64,000 bases of DNA from Octopus vulgaris (Eukaryota): the NCBI GenBank assembly GCA_951406725.2, contig OX597814.1, forward strand, positions 141,360,001-141,424,000. Reading direction: 5' to 3'. The number at the start of each line of letters is the position of its first letter. Positions within the stretch are counted from its first letter, which is position 1. The notes beneath the pieces are model-generated. The model searched no databases, was not told the DNA's origin, and saw nothing but the letters and a program-made list of their open reading frames with translations. Made by a program: the position numbers and the translations under genes. Shown here in pieces: positions 51,990 through 64,000 of this stretch.

Positions 51990-53312
51990 ATGGTTCTAAA
52001 GTATAAACCAAAATCAAACCCTCTCAGAGAAAAAGGTCTATCTGCAACTTCCACAAAAAAAGATGTCTGCTGGCATGAAGAGGGTGGGACAAACTGCTGC
52101 TTTGCGCATCCAGCGCTGGAGCAGAATCCATCACTCACCCGACAATGAAAGAAACAATCACACTTGGAGAATTCCATATCCCAGCACAAACCTGCAGAAA
52201 AGAAGGCCGGACAGAAGACTACACAGATGCAGTTCAAGCTGCAGCGGTTGAACAACAATATTTTTAAGCGTGGCACAAGAAATAGTGCACGGTTGTCATG
52301 GCTACAGACAAAGCTACAGACTGGGCCCAGTACTATTTGTGATGGCCCTCGCAGATATGCCCTCCGCGGTACAGTCAAGCAATCTGACCATTTATGCTGA
52401 CGGCACAAATGTATTGCAGGCAGTTAGGAACCCGGAGGACATCATAAAACTGCAGAAAGACCTGAATGACATCTACATAGGGGCTTAGAAAAATATCATG
52501 CGGTTCAATGCTATGAGATTTCAGGTACTCCGCTATCGGCCCAACACCAAGCTAAAGCCAGAATACACTGGACCAGAAGGTAATACAATCCCAGAGTCAG
52601 AGTCAGTGCGTGAGCTGGAGGTTCACATGAGCAATGATGCAACAATGTGCATATTACCAAGATGGCAACAATGTGCAGACGAGTGGCTGGCTGGATTCTG
52701 AGGACATTCAGAACCAGGAAAAGGGAGGCCCTGCAACTCCGATGGAGGACTTTTATTCTCAGCCGCTTGGACACTGCTCCCGACTATGGGCCCTAGAGAG
52801 TGTTAATCACACTGTGGAACACGAAGCAATCAACTGCCATTACACAAATAAGATCGACCCTATGCAAAATATGGGCTACTTGGAGAGGTTAAAGGAGCTG
52901 AGTCTCTATTCCCTGGAGAGAAGACGACAGAGATATGCGGTTATATATATTTGGAAGATCTTTAGCACTGCATCGTACCAAAGATCCCGTCTTCCCCATC
53001 TGAAATAAGTACACAGTACTTATTTTGGGTTTCAAGGTCCTGCAATTGTTCAATATCCTTTCAGGCAATCTTAGATATCTACATGCTGTTGATGTGGAAG
53101 TTTTCAAGGAACGACTGGACATGTTTCTATCAGAGATACCAGATGAACCCACACCGCGGCAGGAGACATAAAGAAGAGCAGCTCCGTCAAACTCTTTACT
53201 CCACCAAAAAAAAATAACGCAGCCAATATCAAACGGCTACAGGTGGTGCACCAGCATGACCTCAGCTCTGGGCTGAAACCAGTAAAGATAAAAGATAAAA
53301 GATAAAAAGATA
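51990..53312 (+). mobile_element. CR1-like LINE with internal deletions (ORF1 zinc-finger remnant, RT, 3' tail)
   Basis: VCWHEEGGTNCCFAHP (CCCH-like); VAQEIV...LGPVLFVMALADMP...IYADGT...LQKDLNDIY...MRFN; YLERLKELSLYSLERRRQRY; FKERLDMFLSEIPDEP; tail ggtggtgcaccagcatgacctcagctctgggctgaaac then (taaaaga)n. Confidence 0.88.
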
Positions 53313-53373
53313 TTCTCTATCTAAATTAAATGTCTTTTTCAAGTGATGTCTACTGTTTCATGTTTACTTTAAT

Positions 53374-53433
<60 letters not shown>

Positions 53434-53438
<5 letters not shown>

Positions 53439-54156
53439 TAGGTATGAAATCACAGGTGATACAAGTCCATATTTTTAAATGTCTTACTTTGAAAAATTGC
53501 ATTCGGTGGGATTAGTAAAGTTTTTGGTAGAAATGACTAATTTTGTCCCTCTTAGCGTGTGGCATGTATGTATAATAATGCCCTCTATATATAAATTAAT
53601 ATGTTCAATAAGAAAGAATTATTTTCGAAATTTTTTCTCTTATGAGGTTTTTCACGCTATCTACCCGATAATTTCTTGTTAAGTTTTCCTTATTAAGAAG
53701 TTGTCCTTAATTGCTAAATTTTTATTCCGAAAAAACTTTTCCTTTCCCGAAATGCAATTCGTAAAAGTCTGCCATTTACCGGATGTAATATATGTAAACT
53801 AACCCATGTGCGTCGTTGATGTTGGTCAGTTGGCTGCCCGGCTTTGGCGATGTAGGGTCGTTTATTTATGATACGTCCAGACTTGCTGATGAATACAGAG
53901 GTATGAAATCACAGGTGATACAAGTCCATATTTTTAAATGTCTTACTTTGAAAAATTGCATTCGGTGGGATTAGTAAAATTTTTGGTAGAAATGACTAAT
54001 TTTGTCCCTCTTAGCGTGTGGCATGTATGTATAATAATGCCCTCTATATATAAATTAATATGTTCAATAAGAAAGAATTATTTTCGAAATTTTTTCTCTT
54101 ATGAGGTTTTTCACGCTATCTACCCGATAATTTCTTGTTAAGTTTTCCTTAATTGC

Positions 54157-54160
<4 letters not shown>
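53434..54160 (+). mobile_element. Hammerhead-containing tandem element (retrozyme / non-autonomous Penelope-like), about 1.6 copies of a 459-bp unit
   Basis: 53440-53717 recurs at 53899-54160 (offset 459; the identical 67-aa ORFs at 53479 and 53938 confirm the period). The copies differ by one substitution and one ~17-bp indel. Flanked on both sides by (TA)n. Confidence 0.75.
53880..53926 (+). ncRNA. Type I hammerhead ribozyme (intact core)
   Basis: gacttg-CTGATGA-atac(agag)gtat-GAAA-tcac(ag)gtga-TA-caagtc. All conserved core nucleotides are present. Stems: I gacttg/caagtc, II atac/gtat, III tcac/gtga. Predicted cleavage after A53920 (AUA triplet). Confidence 0.9.
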
Positions 54161-54229
<69 letters not shown>

Positions 54230-54329
54230 GTGGTTCAAATATACAAAAGACAATGATAGGAGAGGGAGCAACAAAAAGTAGGCGTATAAGTTCATATATG
54301 TATATATACATTTATATACGTGTGTGTGT

Positions 54330-54550
54330 GTGTGTGTTTGTGTCTGTGTTTGTCCCTCAGAATCGCTTGACCACAGATGCTGGTGTGTTTTTACGCCCCC
54401 GTAACTTACCGATTCAGCAAAAAAGTAAACGATAGAATAAGTATCAGGCTTAAGAAATAAAATACTTACTGCTGTCGATTCGCTCTACTAAAATTCTTGA
54501 AGGCAGTGCTACATTGGTCGCAGTTTAATGACTGAAATAATTAAAAGAAA
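54330..54550 (+). mobile_element. SINE family A, 3' half
   Basis: gtgtttgtccc...cgcttgacc...ccccgtaactta...tcgcagtttaatgactgaaataa. Confidence 0.75.
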
Positions 54551-55414
54551 GCCACGGGTCTTCCCAATTCGAGCAAAGTCTATCTGTTATTTCTAACATA
54601 TCGAAGCTCTGACATTACTTGAACATGTGACTGATCCGTAGGAACCTCATTTGAATACAAATATCCAAAGATACTTATTGTTCACGTATTCATAGCGAAA
54701 GGGAAAGCGAGGTAAACCACGCTTTGCTTTTACACTTTCATAACAGGTCAAAGAAACGTTCGGCGAGTATTTGTTGGATTCGATTTCTGTTCGAGAAAAA
54801 GGCGAAGAGCTTGTTTAATATTCATTCATGAAACATATGAAAACCACTAAACCGAGATATCTGATATAAAGCTAGCATTCCATGCAATTACCCTTGATAA
54901 ATAGTGATATATACATAAACACACAGACACAGACACACAGACAGACGCACACATAGATACGCACAAATATGTTCATATATATATATATATATATACATAC
55001 ATACATATATATATATGTATATATGCGTTTGTGTATGTGTGCATATGTATGCATTTATGTATAGATTTATGTATGTACGTATATGTACATACATACATAT
55101 GTACGTATGCATGTATATGTATACACATACACACACACACACATATATATATATACATATACATATATACATAAAACATACATGTTATATATAAATGTGT
55201 GTGTGTTTGTAGATATTTATATGCATACACACACGTATACACGTATATATACCCACGTATATAATGAATTATGTCTATGTATGTACACAAAAGTCACACA
55301 CAAACATACACACACATTATATATGTATTTATGTACCAATATTTATATATTCCCATAAATACGTAAGTATATTAAGCACACGGTCATCTATATATCTATC
55401 TATCTATCTATCTA

Positions 55415-55517
<103 letters not shown>

Positions 55518-55997
55518 CGTGTATGAGTGTGTGTGCGCGTACATCTACACTCAAACTCGCACATATGAATATTTGAATATATATGAAGAAATCCAACACG
55601 TAACCCAAATAATAGAAGCTATCACATACCCCACTTTGGTACTCTGAAGAAGTATCTTCTTATTAAAGAATCCTCACAAATGTAATATGGAGAGAAATAC
55701 CATACGAATAGATCGATTGATTGATTCAGCTATAAAACCTCTTGTGGGTGATGAGAAAAGTAATCTAGTTTGAGCGCATTATTAAAGAAATCTTTCCATG
55801 TATATTCAAATCGGAAATATCGAAACCAATATGACGAAGTTATTACGCTTTTAGTCGTGAAGTTGGGATGAAATGTGCTTATATATTTTTCTTTCATTAA
55901 AGTATTCGATATTGCCTCCTCCTCTCGCTGTCTCTCTCTCCCTCTCTCTTACACACACACTCACAAATACAATCATACACACATGTACTATATATAT

Positions 55998-56054
<57 letters not shown>

Positions 56055-56282
56055 GAGCAATTGTGGGGTAATCAAATTAGACGGATCAATGTATAAAGTA
56101 TATTAAATGCATGAAATACAAAATATGTATATATGTATACATATAAAAAAAAGTCCAGCTTACACAGAGTACAAATGATATAGAAAATTAAAGGGGTCAA
56201 GAAAACGTGGATGCATTTAACATAGGATGAGACGAGCCTCTGTCTTCAGGGAAGAGATCTTACATTTGACGCACACAAATAC

Positions 56283-56353
<71 letters not shown>

Positions 56354-56612
56354 CATACATACGATCACACGCGCGCGGAAACATACTTAATCAATTGCCT
56401 AGTTTGTACTAAGCATCTAAGCTAGTTTTCAGACTTTTAGTTAGCCCTTGTTTCATACGTTCTGAATAATGTAACATTTTCCTTTCATAAACCCCGAGTT
56501 AATCTGTTGTTTGAAAAAAAATTTAGAATGTGAATCAAATACGATGCATGGACGCCAGGGAAATATGTTCTGCGCATCGCATATGATGCATAGGACAAAT
56601 TGCTAACAGACA

Positions 56613-56686
<74 letters not shown>

Positions 56687-56726
56687 CACACTCATACACA
56701 CACACACACACACACACACTCACACA

Positions 56727-56809
<83 letters not shown>

Positions 56810-56819
56810 ACATATATAT

Positions 56820-57481
56820 GGGTACAGGACGTCACCAGCAGTAAGCAAAATGAAATACGAAATCAAGTGAGTTCAATACGCAAACAACGAAACAAATGGA
56901 AAAGAGGACAAGTAACATAAAGAACGACCCTTCATCGGTTGTCGGCTGTCTAACTACTCCTCATTTCGAGCATTCAACGACAATATGAGTCTTCGAAGAC
57001 AGTTGCTCCCATAAGTACCAAAGTAAATTTTTGGATTTATGGAGGGTCAAAGTCGGGAACAGAACATGACATTGGAGACATACAAGAAAACCTAACGAAG
57101 ACGAACAGGGGACGGGGTCGTTAGACTAGAACGAAGGTAAAATAGTGAAAGCTGGAGAAATATTTTCTTTGAAAAGAGAAAAGATTGAAGAGAGAGGTGG
57201 AATACGTCCAGTCCTTAGGACAGTCTTGAAGGAAAGGAAAGATGATCACGTGAGGAAAATAAAGATGGACGATGGTCACGTGTGAGCCACGAGAGAGAGA
57301 GAAAAAAAGAGAAAGAGGGGAAAGAGAGACAGACAGATAGGATACGGTGAAGGGGAGAAACAGATGGGGAGAAAATAATATGGAGTAGACTTGCATCAAA
57401 AAGATTAAGATAAACTTACTTGGAAATGGATGCGTGGTGTTCAATCAAATAATAATGATAATAATAATAATAATAAAAAAA

Positions 57482-57541
<60 letters not shown>

Positions 57542-57548
57542 TATAATA

Positions 57549-57600
<52 letters not shown>

Positions 57601-57790
57601 CGATCCTCTCTGTTTTCGTTCGGTTTCCTTGTATGTCTCCACTGTCCTGTTTTTTTCTCAACTTTGACCTTCCATAAATCCTAAATTTTATTTTGGTACT
57701 TATGGGAGCAACTGTCTTCGAAGACTCATATTGTCGTTGAATACTCGAAATGAGGAGTAGATAAAGAGCCATCAACATATACGTAAACAG
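56820..57790. mobile_element. Two inverted copies of the Penelope-like repeat (56820-57420 and 57600-57790)
   Basis: ctactcctcatttcgagcattcaacgacaatatgagtcttcgaagacagttgctcccataagtacca is present in reverse complement at about 57694-57760. Confidence 0.7.
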
Positions 57791-58274
57791 ACATCCGTAT
57801 ATATCTACATGTATAAAAATATATATATAATATGAGAGAAAGAAAATGTAATTAAGGAGACTCTTATTCTTTACTACGATCGTTTCGTCTCATTCTGCAC
57901 CGGTGTCACCCGAGTGAGATGCTGTATAAAGAGTTGTGGTACATGATAGAGGCAGATGCACCACGTTTTTAAATCTCCGTTTCGCTTATATTGATATTTG
58001 TAGTTCGCTTCTCGTCTACACGAGAACTACAGTATCTTACCCGCATGGCAACGGTGCACGGTAGGACAAAACAGCCATAATGAATAATAGTCTTGTGAAT
58101 TCCATTTTCTTCCTGTCATACGTTATAAACTCTATGGGCACGAAGGAATTCCTGAAGTAAGTCTAGTGGCATTTACACCCATAATGTTGACCACACCAGG
58201 TCGCCGAATACAGTGGACGGGCTTTAAACGAGATACAACAAAGTGTATACTCAAATTTAAAATATATATATCAA

Positions 58275-58470
58275 AATGTAACCACGTGTGTATCGTTGGC
58301 GAGTTTATTCCTCCGTCTTCCCTTCCTTTGGACTTACCTCTATTTCTGAAGAAGAGATTTGCTAGAAACATAAAATCCTCTTTCTTTCCTTTCCTAAGCG
58401 CCACGTAATACGGTACTTGTACCACGTCCTCGCGTTGCTGTTTTTTCTTGCTTGTTTTTCTTTGTTTGGA
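58275..58470 (+). mobile_element. Penelope-like terminal-repeat fragment with decayed minimal hammerhead (sibling at 31345-31405)
   Basis: attt-CTGAAGA-agagatttgcta-GAAA-ca-TA-aaat; ccacgtcctcgcgttg is the reverse complement of caacgcgaggacgtgg at 31365. Confidence 0.55.
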
Positions 58471-59100
58471 TATAGATATATATATATATATATAATGTGG
58501 ACACGCCATCGTAACTACGATGGTTGTTTGATAATTACGTACCACTTTTGGTCAATGTCATATATCAGTCATAGTCTGAGTCTGAGCAGACCCTTGTGAG
58601 TTAAATTTGGTTCATCTACTCTTTCTCTCTGTCTCTCTGTCCCTCTATGTGTGTGTGTGTGTCTCTCCTATCTCTCCCTCCTCCCTCTCTCTGTTTTGTC
58701 TTTATATTCTACTTATATGAGTTGTAAGTGGAACTGACTTGTCAGAAATTGCAATCGCACGAACCTTTCCTGTTGTTTGGTGTTAGCTTGATTTAATATC
58801 ACCACATTATTGCATGCATTCAGGTAAAGTTTCTCATAACCAATCTAAGATCAATTGGCATACTGATGCCAAACCACGAGACTTGATTTCTTTAACTTGC
58901 ACCTCTGCTAATCTCTCAAGGCTTGCAAGACCTTGGGTGCTCCTCTTTCTTCTGAGACTAAGTTCTAAATATATTCTTGAATTTGCCATTTGACCGAAAG
59001 AGCTTACAATATACATAATTCTGATATGATGTTTCAGAGGGGAAAAGGCTATATACAGACTAATATTGCCTGTCCAATAGTTAATACATGTTTGTATATA

Positions 59101-59296
59101 CGAGGGGTGCTGAAAACTTCGTGGCTTTAAGGCCAAGCTGGAGGTCCAGCCTTCCGAGTTCTTTTACAAGGCTTAGAAAAACTGAAGGACCGCTGTATTT
59201 GAATCTGAGAGGGGAATATATTGAACTAAATCATAATTAACTGATCCTACTGTATTTTCTTTTACCCAAAGCCAGGAACTTTTCAGCATTCCAGCG
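59101..59296 (+). mobile_element. Mariner-derived MITE
   Basis: TA-cgaggggtgctgaaaacttcgtggcttt ... aaagccaggaacttttcagcattccagcg-TA; internal NLRGEYIE resembles a transposase C-terminus. Confidence 0.78.
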
Positions 59297-59820
59297 TACT
59301 GTAAATCGCTATAAAACTACTATTCTGTTTATGATGAGGAACATGAGGAACCGATCTCTGATAAAATGGTAAAAAACGCACCGAAACTAGTCTTATTGAC
59401 ACTATTTTCTGGTAACACAGAGAAAAAAATTGGTGCTTAAAAACGTGTTTACTAAAAACACACACCTTAAGTTTTAATCTGTCAGATCTCTCGGCCTTTC
59501 GTGCCTGTGTTCCCTTGTATATATGTGTGTGTAATTCTTTCTTTTTTCTTTCTTTCCTTCTTTGTCTCTTTCTCCCTCTCTTCCTCTTTCCGTGTCATTC
59601 TCTCTCTGAGTGTGCGTGTGTGTTTGTGTGGTATATTATAAATTTAATAGATTTAAGTATTCAGTTCGTTCATTAAACCAAGATCCCTTAATCAACAGAA
59701 AGCTGTTTAAAGATTGGGATGATATATTCCTTGTGTATTGTATTTCAAAACAATAAACGCACACACACACACACACGAACATACATATCTCTAGATAGAA
59801 TAATAGATACATACGCACAC

Positions 59821-59870
<50 letters not shown>

Positions 59871-60463
59871 ATGTGTGTGTATAAATATATACATATATAT
59901 ATATGTACATATATATATATATATATACACGTATATATGTTTGTCTGTGTGTGCTTGTGTATATGGATGGATTTATATATAAATATATACGTATGTATGT
60001 ATGTATCTATACACACACACGCGCACATCCATCCATCCGCATATACACATGAGCACAAACATGAGCAAACACATAAGTATTGCTCTCAAACCATTAAATG
60101 ACTTCACGTAGATATATACGATTTTCAAAATTTTTATTTCCATGTTATTCATCAAATAATTTCGGCATGAAAATATAAAGAATTATATGTGCAAAGAATA
60201 TTTTGTTACTTTGCTTAATTAGAAATTTATTTGTTTGGAAGTCATTTTAGTATTCTTCATTCTTCGTACACTTCAAATTAAAAATGAATTGAACAAAAAT
60301 AGCCATTTCGTTTACCATTTTTGTTGTTGTTTTTCTCTCAACTGAAGTTCGCTATCGAAGTAAAATTGTATTTTATTTTATTTCGCAAGGACTTTCGACT
60401 CTCGTTATTTATCATGATTAAATGGCTTACAACTCTGAAATGATAAGAACAAACAACTAAAGA

Positions 60464-60790
<327 letters not shown>

Positions 60791-61424
60791 TATGTCTATA
60801 TAAATAAATCTTTGTTATGTTTATTAGTTTTCGGACGAACACTAAGTACAGTTGATATCAAATTCTAAGCGAATTAAATTTAGATTTATTTTCAATTCAA
60901 AACACTTGCCATTACATAAGCAACGGCCTACCCGAAATAGATGCGGGTTAAAGATAAACTTGTAATAATCAAACAACAAACAATAACACAAAATGGCTTT
61001 AAGATACATTTGAGGCTATAGAAAGGAATTATACTTGATTTTAGTAGGCAAATAAATTTTATATTCTAAGAACTAATAACAACAAAATTAGACAAAACGA
61101 AATGATGGTACATAAACAAGAATATTCCAATAGAAGGAAACTGAGGAAGGTGATTAAAATATATGTATGATGTACACAACGAAAATAACCTCGTCCGTCT
61201 ACCTAGCAAAAGACCGAAAGTATATAATGAAATGAATTATACAAATATATACACCAACACGACAATAGTTTAAGGACGACGCTATAATGGTTTGACAATA
61301 ATATTTTAAAAGCGAAGAACTCAGAAGAAAACACATTTAGACAAACTAACGTTTTGTGAAATTTATATAACGACTACGAAAATTACTTTCAAGCTTACAA
61401 AGAATTGAAGGAACTTCTCTGAGA

Positions 61425-61586
61425 TCACTTGATATACTAGAAATAGCAGCGAAACTATCTCCTATCACATTCTGATTAATATGGATGCACTATGCATGAT
61501 AAAAAGAAGAAATAGTGTCATAGATGGAATGCCTTTGGTCATTTGTTTACACGGACAGAACTGGCTTGGGAGTTAAAGAACAACTT
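61425..61586 (+). repeat. Old interspersed repeat (family D), decayed; other pieces near 450-515, 5755-5800, 20045-20085, 62450-62592
   Basis: Shared ctagaaatagcagc...aatctcc and gatggaatgcctttg.tcat blocks. Confidence 0.4.
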
Positions 61587-61888
61587 GTGCTGTCAAATGG
61601 GTCCAGCTTTCATGCTATTTCCGAGCTTACTAAGAACACATTGTGAACTGGATTTAATCAATGATTGTTTTCTGGTATGTAGTGCAAGGAAGGGGCTATG
61701 ATCACAGTCTTTGAAGACAGTGAGATTAATGTTTATTTTCAAATTCTATACGTATTCGACCAACTACAATGCTTCGTAAGGTTACAGCTTAATTCTGATT
61801 TCTTCAGTATTAAGCTGGAAGACAAACACCTACCTCAAAAAAAGAATGCAGACTGTTGGTCTCTTAATGATAGCTAATGTCTATGTGT

Positions 61889-62135
61889 GGAGGCGCGTGG
61901 CTTAGTGGTTAGGGTGTCAGCATCATGATCGTATGATGGTGGTTTCGATTTCTGGACCGGGCGACGCGTGTTCTTGAGCAAAACACTTCATTTCACGTTG
62001 CTCCAGTCCACTCAGCTGGCAAAAATGAGTAACGCTTCGATGGACTGGCATCCCATCAAGCTGGGGAACACATACGTCATGGAAACCGAGAAACCGAGCC
62101 TATGAGCCTGGCTAGGCTTTAAAAAGGGCGCATTT
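61889..62135 (+). mobile_element. SINE family C
   Basis: ggaggcgcgtggcttagtggttagggtgtcagc...gatggactggcatcccatc...gagcctggctaggctttaaaaagggcgcattt. Confidence 0.88.
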
Positions 62136-64000
62136 ATTTATTTTTATAATGTATATAATATAGTGAGCCAAAGAACACACAAACTTTCCCACTGCATGTT
62201 TCCTTTCAATTTTTAAGCAGTTTGAGTTTCAGAATTTCGTGGAGTTGCTTTTCTTGACAAAACTTATAATAATTTTCCATTGTATTCCAAATGAATTATA
62301 ATCGATTAATATTTTATAGTGTATTGATCACTACTTCACGCATGTCAACTGACACTTAAATAGATATTTCTTCATGCAGAAGTTATCACTGGGCAATTTT
62401 CGTCTGCAGTTTTCCAGCCTAATAAACTAACCAATAAATGAACTTTATACATAGCAGTCAGATTATCTAAAATCACATCATACTACTTTAAAAAGGAGGG
62501 ACAAGTTGGATGATGCCATAGATACACAAAAAGACTGGAACGGCTTTGATTATAAATCTCCTCAATGAGGATAAACCCAGAACTAGACAACGTCAGTAAC
62601 GCTTGGACGTAGGTGTGGCTGTATATGGATAAGAAGTTTATTTCACAAATATATGATTACGGGTTCGATTCCACTACATCGTACCTTGGACAAGGGTCTC
62701 CTACCATAGTCCCCAGGTCGATCCAAAGTTAAATTTAGTTGAGAGAAACTGTATGGAATTGGGTTAGAGGGATTGATCCTGTTTTTTGTTAACTTAATAA
62801 GCAATCTGCTTTGCCATAATTATCTAACCCGTCCTTGGTTACCTTTAGCGGAGTCCCTGCAGCAAACATTCAGGTTAGGTCTCCGGTCAAAGGATAAATT
62901 CCTCTCTTCATTCAACCAGTTTCAGATAATGTGAAGAGATCATAGATGCTTTCCTTCTTTGTCTTTCCAGTGCTTCTGAAACTTCTTGAAAGGAGAGAGA
63001 GAGGAAAGGCACCCAAGGTGCCATCAGGTGGTGAACTTAAACTGGGCGAGGAATTAAGCCTGCCACCAATGTAGGTCACTGCAGGATTTGAGCTCGCATC
63101 ACAAGCAGTCAAAATAAATACTTGAAGGATTTCCATCCAAAGCTCTAACGATTCAGCGAGTTCATCGGTATAGATTGGTACTTTATATATAGACCCCGGA
63201 AGGATTTTTAAAAATGTTGACATTGGAATGATTCGAACTCAGGACGCAAAGAATTGAAAGAAATACATTCTAACGTCTCTCCTTATTCACTGTCTCATCT
63301 GATTAAGTCATTAAAAAGACGTAGAATTTATTTATCTTGCTGAGATGCTCTACGTTAAAGGGTGAAATAGAATCCAAGTTTTTTTTTCCATCAGACAATT
63401 GTCTGATGACGTATTCATTCCTTCCTTTCAATTCTATTTTCCAGAATAATGTTTCAAAAGAATAAATGAATAAGCGAATAGTCACACAATTTATTGAAAT
63501 AACTGGTTGCTGTAGCAATGACCAGTTTGTATCTATAATGATGTCTTGCAGTCAAGGTTAACTTTAAAATGTTCAATGTAACCTTTACTGTAGTTTAAAT
63601 CATGACGCAATAGGATTTATCGATTTATTAGATTGAAATAAAAATTATAGTAATTGAGTAATTAAATAGATTTTTGTTTTTCCTATCATCATAACTTAAA
63701 AGACTTTTTAAACTAAGGAAATGTCGCAAGCCATCTATGTATTTTATTTTTCTTTTTCTTCTACATCACTCATATATGGATTTTGTCTTTGTAGCAACTA
63801 AGCTACACTTTGTCTGCTGCGTCTGTTTCCATAAATGATAAATTTTCGATAGTGAAAAGAAATTAATATTATATTCATGATGACCATTGTCTAGCAGTCA
63901 GAACTGTGTAAATGTAACAGTTTATCAGTTGAAATTCTTCAAATGTTCAAAATGTATAATATTGATATTATTCTCTATTTTTTTCGCAATGCAGCTACAT

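Noticed and set aside
53479-53682. Duplicated 67-aa ORF (also 53938-54141)
   Set aside because: Its identity simply reflects the recent tandem unit; there is no recognisable motif, so it is not called as a CDS.

Overview
AT-rich, microsatellite-saturated animal DNA with no recognisable intact host protein-coding gene. The repeat landscape resembles an octopus (coleoid cephalopod) intergenic or intronic region; this is inferred from the SINE families and simple-repeat density. Nearly all ORF-track entries are microsatellite or transposon artefacts. The window holds at least three tRNA-derived SINE families (called A, B and C here), decayed LINEs (CR1-like, RTE, Tx1/L1, R4/Dong), Penelope-like remnants, mariner copies and hAT/pogo/mariner MITEs. 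The most striking element is a 459-bp-period tandem unit at 53434-54160, set inside a (TA)n tract. It carries a complete type I hammerhead ribozyme fold (53880-53926), making it a candidate non-LTR retrozyme or Penelope-derived circular-RNA unit. Also notable are several decayed hammerhead motifs, a candidate HDV-like ribozyme at an RTE-like 5' end, an ORF1-only Tx1-like element, a (TAA)n-targeting 550-bp non-coding element, a CpG-rich promoter-like island and a pre-miRNA-like hairpin. Boundaries of decayed elements are approximate and were read by eye.
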